Notes under the pieces: model-generated
Database searches by the model: none
What the model saw: the letters and a program-made list of their open reading frames with translations, nothing else
What the model was told of the DNA's origin: nothing
Position numbers and translations under genes: made by a program
Assembly (NCBI GenBank): GCA_041664245.1
Contig: JBAYLC010000004.1
Span: 16,932-80,931 of the forward strand
DNA from: Minisyncoccota bacterium
GTDB lineage: Bacteria; Patescibacteriota; Minisyncoccia; UBA6257; 2-01-FULL-56-20
DNA: 64,000 nt
Direction: 5' to 3'
Part shown: one piece after another, positions 9,872-19,386 of the stretch
Layout of the letters: every line of letters begins with the position of its first letter
How positions within the stretch are numbered: position 1 is the first letter of the stretch

Positions 9872-10543
9872 TTACTTTCCCAAAAAAAGTCCGATAAAAT
9901 CTCCCAGAGATAATTGCCCCCAAACATATTCCAATCCAAAAATCGGAAGCAACCAAATCTTTACTATGATAGCAAAAATTGCTATCGGCAACCAAAAATA
10001 AAAAAGCGGCAGCCGTCCCTTGGAAAAAATCGTGTAGACCACGGAAAACAAAACTCCAAAAATCAGAATAGCCGCCCAAAAAAACAAAAATCCCGGATAC
10101 CCTGAGAGAAAAGTCCCGAGCGCGATAAGTTCAACTTCTTCGTTTTCAAAAAATCTATTACCAAATCTTTTATTCAAAAATTTCGCCAACCGGCTTACTA
10201 AAATAGAAGCCAGAAAAGCGACTATCCAAAAAATAAAAAAATGGACAAATACATATGACAAAAAATAAGAGATCGGGGCATAAGGCGGCAAAAGGCCTCT
10301 GCTAAGCGGATTACTCTCCCAAACTTGATACTGCTTGTAAGATATATAAACATTAACTGCTACCACAATCACAAACAAAATCAACCACAAAATCTTTAAA
10401 TACTTCTTTACCGTTTCTCGGGAAAATTTTCCTTCTCTTTTTGAGTCCAAAAATCGCCGGCCCCAAAAAATCTGTGCCGCAAAAAGCAAAATCAAAGCCA
10501 CTAAATTAAAATATTGAGCTACTGCAAACATTCTCAAAATCAA
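9872..10543 (-). CDS. Multi-pass membrane protein, possibly a divergent prepilin peptidase (A24)-like protein
   Basis: About 6 TM helices; the C-terminal EEVELIALGTFLSGYPG...RLPLFYFW resembles the A24 C-terminal half; lies between the pilin and pilB. Confidence 0.5.
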   Translation of the reverse strand: MILRMFAVAQYFNLVALILLFAAQIFWGRRFLDSKREGKFSRETVKKYLKILWLILFVIVVAVNVYISYKQYQVWESNPLSRGLLPPYAPISYFLSYVFVHFFIFWIVAFLASILVSRLAKFLNKRFGNRFFENEEVELIALGTFLSGYPGFLFFWAAILIFGVLFSVVYTIFSKGRLPLFYFWLPIAIFAIIVKIWLLPIFGLEYVWGQLSLGDFIGLFLGK

Positions 10544-10550
10544 TTATAAC

Positions 10551-10578
10551 ACAAAAAGCGCCCTAAGGCGCTTTTTGT
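10551..10578 (-). terminator. Intrinsic terminator after the major pilin gene
   Basis: acaaaaagcgcc-ctaa-ggcgctttttgt perfect inverted repeat with A/T tracts. Confidence 0.8.
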
Positions 10579-10601
10579 TGAATAATAATTAATACTCTTT
10601 T

Positions 10602-11222
10602 CTAGAGAGCTAGACCAGGATTAGTCCCAACCTCATACAAAGTAACGCTGTTCCCCCCATCATTAACCGAACTACTCGAAAACTTCTGGCTTTCAATTCT
10701 AGTATTCACCTCATATGTGTTATTCGTTCCAGTCATATATGCGTAATAGAAATCATCACTCGTCGTAGTTACGGTAGGACCAAAAGTATTTGGCACAACA
10801 GGGTCAACTGGTAACTGCGGTAGCGGCGAACCAGTACTAATTTTAGTAAAATCAATCGGAATCCATCCGGTTCCATTAATCGCCCGAGAAGTAGTCGCTC
10901 CAACAGTTGCAGCCCCAGCCCCTAACGACGGGAAACGAAACCCGCACTGATTACCAGCAGTACCAAGCGTAGAAGAAGCGTCCAAAGAAGTGAAGCACCA
11001 TGTCGTACTTGTTCCAAGATACGCCGCCGGCACATCAGAGAGATAAAGCGCAATAGCGCTATTCAAAGTCGACAAATCCGAAAACCTGGTCGTATCCCGT
11101 GACTGCCTTAGCAACTCGGCCGGATTTAAAGTCAAAATAACGACCGTCGCGAGAATGGCAATAATACCAATAACAATCAGAAGTTCAATAAGAGTAAAAC
11201 CCTTAACTTGCTTATTTTGCAT
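10602..11222 (-). CDS. Type IV major pilin candidate
   Basis: KG/FTLIELLIVIGIIAILATVVILTLNPAELLRQSRDTTRFSDL; has its own promoter and terminator. Confidence 0.9.
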   Translation of the reverse strand: MQNKQVKGFTLIELLIVIGIIAILATVVILTLNPAELLRQSRDTTRFSDLSTLNSAIALYLSDVPAAYLGTSTTWCFTSLDASSTLGTAGNQCGFRFPSLGAGAATVGATTSRAINGTGWIPIDFTKISTGSPLPQLPVDPVVPNTFGPTVTTTSDDFYYAYMTGTNNTYEVNTRIESQKFSSSSVNDGGNSVTLYEVGTNPGLAL

Positions 11223-11264
11223 TGAATTTTTTCTTTAAATTCGACCTTTTTATAACGTAAAATC

Positions 11265-11273
11265 ATTATAGCA
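11265..11273 (-). promoter_or_regulatory. Extended -10 promoter of the pilin gene
   Basis: Minus strand TGCTATAAT about 42 nt upstream of the ATG. Confidence 0.55.
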
Positions 11274-11299
11274 CAAAGAAAATAGGCTGATTAAAAAAT

Positions 11300-11308
11300 T
11301 GTGGATAA
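11300..11308. promoter_or_regulatory. DnaA box upstream of the pilin promoter
   Basis: TGTGGATAA, the reverse complement of the perfect box TTATCCACA. Confidence 0.5.
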
Positions 11309-11403
11309 CTCCCGATTTCCTATGAACGCAGTGAATAAAGGAAATCAAGGACCCCGCCCGCTGGTGAGATATTCATTTTCCCCATTAGCGATTTGCCATC
11401 TAG

Positions 11404-11475
11404 TGCGTGTGGAAGGAATCGAACCTTCGACCTCTGTCTTATCAGGACAGCGTTCTACCACTGAACTACACACGC
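11404..11475 (-). tRNA. tRNA-Ile(GAT)
   Basis: Cloverleaf GCGTGTG...; anticodon arm CTGTC-CTGATAA-GACAG; TTCGA T-loop; no encoded CCA. Confidence 0.95.
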
Positions 11476-11499
11476 GTTCTTTTCTACCTTCCACCTTTG

Positions 11500-11571
11500 T
11501 GCGCGGTAGAAGGATCGAACTTCTGACCTCTTCGATGTCAACGAAGCGCTCTACCACTGAGCTAACCGCGC
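11500..11571 (-). tRNA. tRNA-Val(GAC)
   Basis: GCGCGGTTAGCTCAGTGGTAGAGCG; anticodon arm CTTCG-TTGACAT-CGAAG; no encoded CCA. Confidence 0.95.
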
Positions 11572-11681
11572 ATCCCTAAGCTTAAACTAAACAAACCCAT
11601 CCCTACCTAATAAAATCAATTTTCTAACAAAAAACGCCAACCCGAAACCAGCTACCATTAAAACCCAAAATCGAAAAAAAA

Positions 11682-11888
11682 TCAAAACCTTGGCTCAATT
11701 TGAAGTCGCTTAGCTTTTTCGATATCAAAACTGACCGACCCCCCTCCGCCGCTATTCAAATTATTCGCTATCGAAAACCCATTAGCCACCACCCTCACTG
11801 CCCAAACAAAATAAGCAACCACGATTACAAGTAAAACAACCGAAAGAATAGCTAATATTTTTTCGTAATGTTCTTTCAAAAAATTCAT
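11682..11888 (-). CDS. Small single-TM hypothetical protein
   Basis: 68 aa with a clear TM helix, 18 bp downstream of the PilO-like gene on the same strand. Confidence 0.65.
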   Translation of the reverse strand: MNFLKEHYEKILAILSVVLLVIVVAYFVWAVRVVANGFSIANNLNSGGGGSVSFDIEKAKRLQIEPRF

Positions 11889-11906
11889 TGTTTTTTCTTT
11901 TTAAAA

Positions 11907-12443
11907 CTACTCCTTAAAATAAACCAATCCCTTTGCGTTAAGAACATAATCATTTGAAGTTTTTGCTATATCCGCGCTTTCAAAGCTCATTAAAAACCTA
12001 GGTGATGCAGTTTCTAAATATCTTAGAAAAGCGATTAAATTAGATAGAGGACCAGTTACACTAAGCGAGAATCCAGCGTGTCCAAAGGAAGTTGGAGTCG
12101 GTTTTACCTCTACCCCTTGTTGAAAATCAAAAGTCACTCCCACTCCATAATTTGTTCCCTGATTACTTAATACTCGCGATAAATCGGAAATCAACTGATC
12201 TTTCGCTGGCACTAAGGCGCCAATTCCTTTTATATACGCGGCGGCACTATCATTGCCATTTTTTAAATCCGCCAGCACCCCATTGATATTAGAGTTTTCA
12301 TAAACCAAAAATCTTTGATTGGAAATATCCTTAGAAAGTTTCGCAATATAACTAGCGGAAAAATAAAGAATCACTCCGGAAACCAAAAACAGCCCCAAAA
12401 TAATCAACGCTTTATTCCTAAATTGTTTTTTAAAATTCTCCAT
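11907..12443 (-). CDS. PilO-like type IV pilus assembly protein
   Basis: N-terminal TM, coiled coil, then FSLSVTGPLSNLIAFLRYLE, similar to the PilO ferredoxin-like motif. Confidence 0.6.
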   Translation of the reverse strand: MENFKKQFRNKALIILGLFLVSGVILYFSASYIAKLSKDISNQRFLVYENSNINGVLADLKNGNDSAAAYIKGIGALVPAKDQLISDLSRVLSNQGTNYGVGVTFDFQQGVEVKPTPTSFGHAGFSLSVTGPLSNLIAFLRYLETASPRFLMSFESADIAKTSNDYVLNAKGLVYFKE

Positions 12444-12498
12444 TACTTTTTTAATTATAACATAAAACTAATCTACCCGAACCAATGAGACCAAAAAA

Positions 12499-12526
12499 TT
12501 GACTTCGATTTTCCCTCCGTTATGCT
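12499..12526 (+). promoter_or_regulatory. Sigma70 promoter of dprA-topA, leaderless geometry
   Basis: TTGACT-16 bp-TATGCT; ATG (MDEK, 12534) 7 nt downstream. Confidence 0.55.
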
Positions 12527-12533
12527 TATAAAA

Positions 12534-13580
12534 ATGGACGAAAAAATTTATTACAATGCCATAAACATTGCCCTTGGCAGTGACTACCGAAAATTAGGAA
12601 AGTTGATAGAAAAGTCCGGCTGTTGGGAAATTGCTTGGGAAAATTTAGGTGTCGCCGAAAAAAATAAAATCAATCCGGAAAAACTTTGGGAGAAACTTCT
12701 AAGGTCAAAAATTGAGCTGACCTTAATAAACGAAAAAAAATACCCCTCCTTACTTCGCGAAATATCCTTTCCGCCTTTTGGAATTTATTCTATCGGCAAT
12801 TTTTCGGCTCTAAATCAAAAATATAAAATAAGCATCGTCGGTACCAGAAAGGCCACCGAGCAAGGCAAGGAAATCGCTCGAGAATTCGCCAGAAATCTCG
12901 GGCAAAACAATTTCGCCATAATAAGCGGTTTGGCTTTAGGAATTGACGCCGCTGCTCACTCCGGCGCCCTTGACGCTAACGCTCCCACCATCGCCGTCCT
13001 CGCCAACGGCCTTGATCATTTCTATCCCAGTTATAATTCTAAATTGGCTGAAAAAATAATCTCAAGCAATGGACTAATAGTTTCAGAATATCCAATAGGA
13101 AGCCCAACCCTCCCTTATCGATTTATAGAAAGAAATAGAATCATCAGCGGCCTTTCCGCCGGCACCCTTGTTATTGAAGCCCCCGAAGGGTCTGGCTCGC
13201 TCGCCACCACTAGATTTGCCCTTGATCAAAATCGGGAAATTTTTGTTACTCCCGGACCTCTAAAACATCCAAATTTCTCCGGCTCCCATAAATTAATCCG
13301 CCTTGGCGCCATCCTAGTTACCTCTCCTGAAGAAATTATTGAGTCTCTCGCCCCAGAAATTCTCGAGGGTAAAAACAGCCCACTAAACCAGCTAAATCTA
13401 TTAAATAGCCTAGAAGAAAAGAGAATATACGAAATTTTAAAAAACAGCGCTAAACCAATCACAGTTGACAAAATTATTGAACTATCTAATCTTAATGCCA
13501 AAATCATCAATCAAACTCTTACCTTCCTGACTATAAAGAATATAATCAGTGAAACTGAGGCTGGGTTTGTCGTTCTATGA
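12534..13580 (+). CDS. dprA: DNA-processing protein DprA
   Basis: YPSLLREI..PP, SIVGTRKAT, ISGLALGIDAAAH, ERNRIISGLS, EAPEGSGSLAT; C-terminal winged helix (ORF-track start 12522). Confidence 0.95.
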   Translation: MDEKIYYNAINIALGSDYRKLGKLIEKSGCWEIAWENLGVAEKNKINPEKLWEKLLRSKIELTLINEKKYPSLLREISFPPFGIYSIGNFSALNQKYKISIVGTRKATEQGKEIAREFARNLGQNNFAIISGLALGIDAAAHSGALDANAPTIAVLANGLDHFYPSYNSKLAEKIISSNGLIVSEYPIGSPTLPYRFIERNRIISGLSAGTLVIEAPEGSGSLATTRFALDQNREIFVTPGPLKHPNFSGSHKLIRLGAILVTSPEEIIESLAPEILEGKNSPLNQLNLLNSLEEKRIYEILKNSAKPITVDKIIELSNLNAKIINQTLTFLTIKNIISETEAGFVVL

Positions 13581-15655
13581 ATATGAGTACAAAGCTAATT
13601 ATTGTTGAATCCCCCACTAAGGCCAAAACAATCTCTAAATTTGTCGGTTCTGGCTATAAAGTCGAATCTTCTTTCGGTCATGTTCGCGACCTTCCGAAAA
13701 GCAAGCTCGGCATTGATGTCGAAAATAATTTTGAGCCCCAATATGTCATTCCCCGGAAAATCCAACCTCGAGTCACCGCCCTTAAAAAAATCGCGGCGAA
13801 AGCTGATGAAGTGATACTAGCCACTGACGAAGACCGCGAAGGAGAAGCTATTGCCTGGCACCTCGTTACCGCCCTCAAATTAAAAAATGACTCTGACAAA
13901 CCGATAAAGCGGATTGTTTTCCATGAAATTACAAAAACCGCTATTAAAAACGCTTTAGACAATCCCCGCACAATTTTCCAAAATCTTGTTAATGCCCAAC
14001 AAGCCCGCCGCGTTCTTGACCGTCTTGTCGGTTATCAACTCTCGCCGTTCCTCTGGAAAAAAGTGGTCCGCGGCCTCTCCGCCGGCCGGGTTCAATCGGC
14101 CGCTATGCGCTTAATCGCCGCTCGCGAAGAAGAAATAAATAAATTCAAAAGTTATGAATACTGGACTATCGAAGCAAAACTCGAAACTGAAAAAAGGGAA
14201 ATTCTTGAAGCGTCTCTTTCAAAAATCGGGGACGAATCCGTTCCAAAACTAGGCATTGGAACTGAAACTGAGGCCCAAAAAATTCTTTCCGATCTGAAAG
14301 ACGCAAATTATAAAATAGAAAATATCGAACGGAATGAAACCAAAAAAAATCCCTATCCCCCTTTTATAACCAGCACCCTTCAACAAACAGCCTCTCGCCA
14401 CTTTGGTTTTTCCGCCAAACGAACAATGATGATTGCCCAATCTCTCTATGAAGGCGGCCACATCACCTACATGCGCACCGACTCCGTTAATCTCTCCAAA
14501 GAAGCCCTCGTGGCTTCAACTGAATGGATCAAAGCTCACTTACCAGAAGAATATCAAATTCCTCCGAAAAATTACGAAAACAAATCCCGGTTAGCCCAAG
14601 AAGCTCACGAAGCTATCCGGCCAACCGATCCCAACCTAGCGCCGGAAGAATGGGATGATTCTCGAAAATCAAAACTCGACAAAGACCAAGAGAAACTCTA
14701 CAGCCTCATCTGGCGCCGGTTCATCGCCTCTCAACTTCCCCACGCTAAACTCGACGCCACTAAAATAGAGGTTAGAGCCACTGCCGGAAAAAATAATTAT
14801 ATTCTAGCGGCTAACGGTAATATTCTCCGTTTTGACGGCTTTCTAAAAATCTGGCCAATTAAAATGGAAGAGAAAATTCTTCCCGAGCTTACAAAAGACG
14901 ACCCCGTCAGCCTCATTGAAGTAACGCCAACTCAGCACTTCACCGAACCGCCGCCGCGTTACAACGAAGCCAGTCTGATTAAAACTCTGGAAAAATACGG
15001 CATCGGCCGCCCATCAACCTACGCTCCGATTATTTCGGTTATTCAAAATCGCAACTACGTCGAAAAAATTCAAGGCCGCCTCCAACCCACCGAGATTGGC
15101 CTTTTAGTTGACAAGGTTCTCAAAGAAAATTTTCCGGAAATTGTTGATCTTGATTTCACCGCCAAAATGGAAAACGAACTCGATGAAATCGCTGAAGATA
15201 AAAAACAGTGGCAGGAAGTCATCAGGGAATTTTACGAACCTTTTTCTGTCCACCTTAAACAAAAATATGAAGAAGTTTCCAAAAAAGAAATCGCCGAGGA
15301 AAAAACCGACCAGAAATGCGAACTTTGCGGAAAAGATATGATCATTAAATTCGGCCGCTTCGGAAAATTTATGGCTTGCTCCGGATTTCCGGAATGCAAG
15401 AACACGAAAAATTTAAAGGATCCACCGAAACCAATCGGCCTCAAATGCCCCAAATGCGGCGAAGGCGACGTAATTGAAAGGCGGGTAAGCCGCAAAGGCC
15501 GCGCCCGCGGCAAAATCTTTTGGGGCTGTAATCGCTATCCCGATTGCGACTACGCCTCTTGGACCAACCCTTTGAATCCGGAAGAGAAAAAACCCTTAGA
15601 AATCGAAGCCCTAGAGCCCAAAACAACTGCCACAATCGAAGAAGACTCTGAATAA
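13577..15655 (+). CDS. topA: DNA topoisomerase I
   Basis: IVESPTKAKTI, ATDEDREGE, SAGRVQS, ITYMRTDS, QEAHEAIRPT, GIGRPSTY; two C-terminal Zn ribbons. Confidence 0.98.
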   Translation: MNMSTKLIIVESPTKAKTISKFVGSGYKVESSFGHVRDLPKSKLGIDVENNFEPQYVIPRKIQPRVTALKKIAAKADEVILATDEDREGEAIAWHLVTALKLKNDSDKPIKRIVFHEITKTAIKNALDNPRTIFQNLVNAQQARRVLDRLVGYQLSPFLWKKVVRGLSAGRVQSAAMRLIAAREEEINKFKSYEYWTIEAKLETEKREILEASLSKIGDESVPKLGIGTETEAQKILSDLKDANYKIENIERNETKKNPYPPFITSTLQQTASRHFGFSAKRTMMIAQSLYEGGHITYMRTDSVNLSKEALVASTEWIKAHLPEEYQIPPKNYENKSRLAQEAHEAIRPTDPNLAPEEWDDSRKSKLDKDQEKLYSLIWRRFIASQLPHAKLDATKIEVRATAGKNNYILAANGNILRFDGFLKIWPIKMEEKILPELTKDDPVSLIEVTPTQHFTEPPPRYNEASLIKTLEKYGIGRPSTYAPIISVIQNRNYVEKIQGRLQPTEIGLLVDKVLKENFPEIVDLDFTAKMENELDEIAEDKKQWQEVIREFYEPFSVHLKQKYEEVSKKEIAEEKTDQKCELCGKDMIIKFGRFGKFMACSGFPECKNTKNLKDPPKPIGLKCPKCGEGDVIERRVSRKGRARGKIFWGCNRYPDCDYASWTNPLNPEEKKPLEIEALEPKTTATIEEDSE

Positions 15656-15732
15656 CAATAAAACTCCCAACCCGTAGCATACTAAATAATTGCTTCCTTA
15701 TTACTATATGTTATATATGTAAAATCAAGGAG

Positions 15733-17208
15733 ATGAGTATATTAGAATCAGCGGAAAAAAATAAAAACGGCCTGATAGCCAAAGCTCTCGAGTTTGCCAA
15801 AATTGCCCACCAAGACCAGCCTCGCCTTAACGGTGAATCCTATTTTAACCACTGCCTCGAAACTGCTGAAACCCTTAATCTTTGGCACATGGACGAAGAG
15901 ACAATCGCCGCCGGCCTTCTTCATGACACTCTCAAGCACAATAAAGCCACCGAATTCGAGCTTAAGGAAAAATTCGGCGAAGAAGTCGCCTTCTTAGTTC
16001 AGGGCGTTACCAAACTCGGCCTTTTAAAATACCGCGGCACGCAAACTAAAATCGAAAACATAAGAAAAATGATTTTGGCTTTGAGCCGCGATCTTCGGAT
16101 TGTTTTTATCAAACTAGCTAACCGCCTTCACAATCTGAAAAGTCTCGACGCTCTTCCTAAAGAAAAACAAGAAGCTATCGCTTTTGAGACAAACGAAATC
16201 TACGCTCCCTTGGCTTCTCTAATTGGTATGCCTAACCTCGCCGGCGAGATGCAAGATTTTTGCTTTCCTATTCTTAACCCTGACAAATACAGCTGGCTCA
16301 TCGGGAATGTTAAAGAAAAATATGAGGAACGCCACGCTTACCTTGAAAAATTCAAACCATCCCTAGAGAAGCTTCTGGAAGAAAATAATCTCCACCCAAC
16401 CTTGGTTGATTTTCGAGCCAAACGCTATTCCAGTCTTTATCACAAGCTTTTAAGATACGATATGGATCTAGAAAGAATTCACGACCTCATCGCCACTTGG
16501 GTTGTTTTTAAAGACGTTAAAGATTGCTACAAGGCCTTAGGCGTCATTCACCAAAAATGGTCGCCTATTTCTGCCGATCGAATCAAAGACTATATCGCCG
16601 CCCCAAAACCAACCGGCTATCGCTCTCTTCACACTACCGTTGTTGGCCCCGAAAACAAAAATATCGAAATTCAAATCCACACCGAGCGAATGCACGAAGA
16701 AAACAAAAACGGCCTTGCCGCTCATTGGTTTTATAAACAATGTCCCACTAAAGATCTTCCTCCAAAATCATTCCTGCGAAAAACTATTCAGGAATTGCCT
16801 CTGATCAAGCACCTAAGACGCTGGCAAGATCCTTTAAGCGACATTGCCTCCACCAACCAAGAATTTCGCGAAACTATGAAGATAGATTTTTTTGCCGATC
16901 GCATTTTTGTAATTACTCCCAAAGGTGATGTTGTTGATCTCCCCAATGACTCAACTCCTATTGATTTTGCCTACAAAATTCACACCGAAGTCGGCGACAC
17001 CTGCGTCAAAGCGAAAGTTAATAATGAATTTAAGCCCTTAAATACAAAACTAAAATCAGCCGATCTAGTGGAAATAATTACTCAAAAAAACAAAAAACCG
17101 TCTGCCGACTGGCTGAAATTCGCCCAAACCTCTCTCGCTAAAGAACGCATCCGCTTTCTTATCAACCAAAAAAATTACCACTTAAAAAATCCGCCGTTTG
17201 CCAGCTAG
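15733..17208 (+). CDS. RelA/SpoT family protein (HD, synthetase, TGS) with substituted motifs
   Basis: LLHD, KLANRLHN, DYIAAPKPTGYRSLHT, AAHWFYK, TGS (TPKGDVVDLP..STPIDFAYKIHTEVG); no ACT domain. Confidence 0.9.
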   Translation: MSILESAEKNKNGLIAKALEFAKIAHQDQPRLNGESYFNHCLETAETLNLWHMDEETIAAGLLHDTLKHNKATEFELKEKFGEEVAFLVQGVTKLGLLKYRGTQTKIENIRKMILALSRDLRIVFIKLANRLHNLKSLDALPKEKQEAIAFETNEIYAPLASLIGMPNLAGEMQDFCFPILNPDKYSWLIGNVKEKYEERHAYLEKFKPSLEKLLEENNLHPTLVDFRAKRYSSLYHKLLRYDMDLERIHDLIATWVVFKDVKDCYKALGVIHQKWSPISADRIKDYIAAPKPTGYRSLHTTVVGPENKNIEIQIHTERMHEENKNGLAAHWFYKQCPTKDLPPKSFLRKTIQELPLIKHLRRWQDPLSDIASTNQEFRETMKIDFFADRIFVITPKGDVVDLPNDSTPIDFAYKIHTEVGDTCVKAKVNNEFKPLNTKLKSADLVEIITQKNKKPSADWLKFAQTSLAKERIRFLINQKNYHLKNPPFAS

Positions 17209-18254
17209 AAACCGCTACTCTCCTTTTCTAGTCTTTCTAATATCCCCATCAATTCCTCCTCGGAGTAAAAACTAATCATAATTCTGCCCTTGTCTCCCCT
17301 TTTCTCAATCGCCACCGGCGCACCCAGCTGGGAGGCTATTTTCTCTTGTGCGTATTTAACTTCCATCGGCAACTCCTCGAGAGTTCTATCTTTTTGAACT
17401 TGCGGCTTAGAAGGGCTGACTTTTTCTTTCAATTCCCGAGTAGTTAATTTATTGGAAATAATATCGTCAAAAAGTTTCTTCTGTGAGGCCGCGTCTTGAA
17501 CTACCAAAAGCAATCGCCCGTGAGTTTCGCTGATTAGATTTTTCCCGAGCGCTTCCTGAATGTAGGCCGGCAAATCTAACAAACGAACACTATTAGCAAT
17601 CGCCTCCCGGCTTTTTCCCAAACGAGTGGCAATCTCTCTCTGGGTCAAATTAAATTCATCTTGCAATCTGGAAAATGCTCGCGCGGTTTCAATCGGGCTT
17701 AAATCTTCTCTCTGAAGATTTTCAATAATCGCCATTTCCAACCGCTCTCTTTCAAAATCAACTCTCTTAACAATTGCCGGCACCCTTTCTAATCCTAAAA
17801 GTTTCGCCGCCATCAATCGACGTTCCCCGGCAATCAAAATATATTCCACGTCCGTACCAATCGGTGTTTCATTTTCAACTTTCGTCACTACTAAAGGTTG
17901 TAAAATTCCCACCTCTCGGATTGACGCCGCCAAATCCTTTAGCGCTTCGTCATCAAAATCTTTTCTCGGTTGATGCGGATTTGGTTTTATCTTCTCAACT
18001 TCAATTTGAAAAATCGCCTCCTGCCTTCTCCTCTCCCCCTTATTAGTCGCTGAATCATCTTCTTTCCTAGCTTTAAATTGGTCTGAAAAATTCAAAGTCG
18101 GCGCCGCCTCATCGTCTTTTTTGTTCAAATCAAAAACCAGATCTTCTTTTGGAAGATAATTCGCATCGCTGCTATTAGCATTATCGCCGTTTGCTCCGCC
18201 ATTATTGAAACCTTTATTCGGCGGTATTAATGATTCAAGTCCTTTTCCTAACAT
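17205..18254 (-). CDS. parB: Chromosome partitioning protein ParB/Spo0J
   Basis: PNPHQPRKDF, GILQPLVV, IAGERRLMAA, IENLQREDLSPIE, HTH LGKSREAIANSVRLL. Confidence 0.96.
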   Translation of the reverse strand: MLGKGLESLIPPNKGFNNGGANGDNANSSDANYLPKEDLVFDLNKKDDEAAPTLNFSDQFKARKEDDSATNKGERRRQEAIFQIEVEKIKPNPHQPRKDFDDEALKDLAASIREVGILQPLVVTKVENETPIGTDVEYILIAGERRLMAAKLLGLERVPAIVKRVDFERERLEMAIIENLQREDLSPIETARAFSRLQDEFNLTQREIATRLGKSREAIANSVRLLDLPAYIQEALGKNLISETHGRLLLVVQDAASQKKLFDDIISNKLTTRELKEKVSPSKPQVQKDRTLEELPMEVKYAQEKIASQLGAPVAIEKRGDKGRIMISFYSEEELMGILERLEKESSGF

Positions 18255-18268
18255 TTTGTTTATAAATT

Positions 18269-19099
18269 CTACAGTATATTAAAATTTCCGTAATCCTTGC
18301 TCACTATCGCCTCTGTGGGGTTTAGAAAATTCCTCTCTTCGGCAATAATCTCATCCGCCAAATTTTTATAAGCCAGCGCCCCAATCGAATCCGGCCGGTA
18401 AAGCATTATTGGCTTTGAGAAACTCGGCGCCTCCGCCAAAGCCACGCTCCGGGGAATCTCGGTTTTAAAAACCGGATGCGGAAAATGTCGCCGCAGATCC
18501 CTCGCCACCTCCCGACTCAACCGCTCGTTTTTGTTATACATAGTGATAAGCGCTCCCCTCACTTTCAAATCATGTCCAAGATTGTTTCGAATTAAATTGA
18601 CTGTATCTAAGAGTTGTCCTAGTCCTTCTAAGCTATAATACTCCGCCTGCACGGGAATGATCACCTCATCCGAGGCCACCAAACCGTTAACTGTTAGCAA
18701 GCTTAAGGACGGCGGCAAATCAATCAAAATATAGTCATATTGATGCCGCAACCGGTGCAAAAATTTTCGCAAAAAATATTCCCGCTCCGGCAAATTAACA
18801 AATTCAATTAGCGCTCCGGCTAAGTGCGGCGCAGCCGGAATATAGTGAAAATTAAAAAGCATCGTCGGCTTTAACACTCGCTCCGGCGGCACAGCATTTA
18901 TTATTCCATGATAGATACTCTCCTCGATCTTAGAAACCTCGCTTCCTAAAGATGAGCTCGCATTCGCTTGCGGATCAAAATCAACCAAAAGAACTCTCCG
19001 GCCAGCCGCCGCCAAATATGCTCCCAAATTAACACTTGTGGTTGTTTTTCCAACTCCCCCCTTCTGATTACAAATCGCAATAACCTTTGCCATCGCCAT
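18269..19099 (-). CDS. parA: Chromosome partitioning ATPase ParA/Soj
   Basis: NQKGGVGKTTT, DFDPQANAS, IDLPPSL, PVQAEYYSLEGL, LAEAPSF (ORF-track start 19129). Confidence 0.96.
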   Translation of the reverse strand: MAMAKVIAICNQKGGVGKTTTSVNLGAYLAAAGRRVLLVDFDPQANASSSLGSEVSKIEESIYHGIINAVPPERVLKPTMLFNFHYIPAAPHLAGALIEFVNLPEREYFLRKFLHRLRHQYDYILIDLPPSLSLLTVNGLVASDEVIIPVQAEYYSLEGLGQLLDTVNLIRNNLGHDLKVRGALITMYNKNERLSREVARDLRRHFPHPVFKTEIPRSVALAEAPSFSKPIMLYRPDSIGALAYKNLADEIIAEERNFLNPTEAIVSKDYGNFNIL

Positions 19100-19193
19100 A
19101 ATTGTATAGATTTCGAAATGATAACGCAAAAAATATCGGAGGTTTTAGCTTGATTTTAGCAACAAAAAAATAGTAAAATCCTTGTAGTAAAAT

Positions 19194-19275
19194 GCCCGGG
19201 TGGCGGAATTGGTAGACGCGCACGACTCAAAATCGTGTGAGGAAACTCATGCCGGTTCGATTCCGGCCTCGGGCA
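19194..19275 (+). tRNA. tRNA-Leu(CAA)
   Basis: GCCCGGGTGGCGGAATTGGTAGACG; anticodon arm CACGA-CTCAAAA-TCGTG; long variable arm; GTTCGA. Confidence 0.95.
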
Positions 19276-19290
19276 CACTTAGAAAATCTT

Positions 19291-19374
19291 TCCCGCCGAA
19301 AGGCGGGATTAAATTTTCAAGTGCCCTGCAGAATGCGGGGCGTCCCGAACGACTTATCCCGAGTCATGTGGGGA
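19291..19374. repeat. Cluster of GC-rich hairpins (REP-like or terminator) between tRNA-Leu and the convergent PAP2 gene
   Basis: tcccgcc-gaaa-ggcggga; gccctgca-gaa-tgcggggc; tccc..gact..agtc..ggga. Confidence 0.45.
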
Positions 19375-19386
19375 ACCAATACCACC

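Noticed and set aside
11301-11579. ORFs of 92 aa (+) and 70 aa (-)
   Set aside because: They are shadows of tRNA-Ile and tRNA-Val
17205-19193. oriC or parS near parAB and gyrB
   Set aside because: No dnaA/dnaN, no DnaA-box cluster and no TGTTTCACGTGAAACA-like palindrome were noticed; the boxes found are isolated
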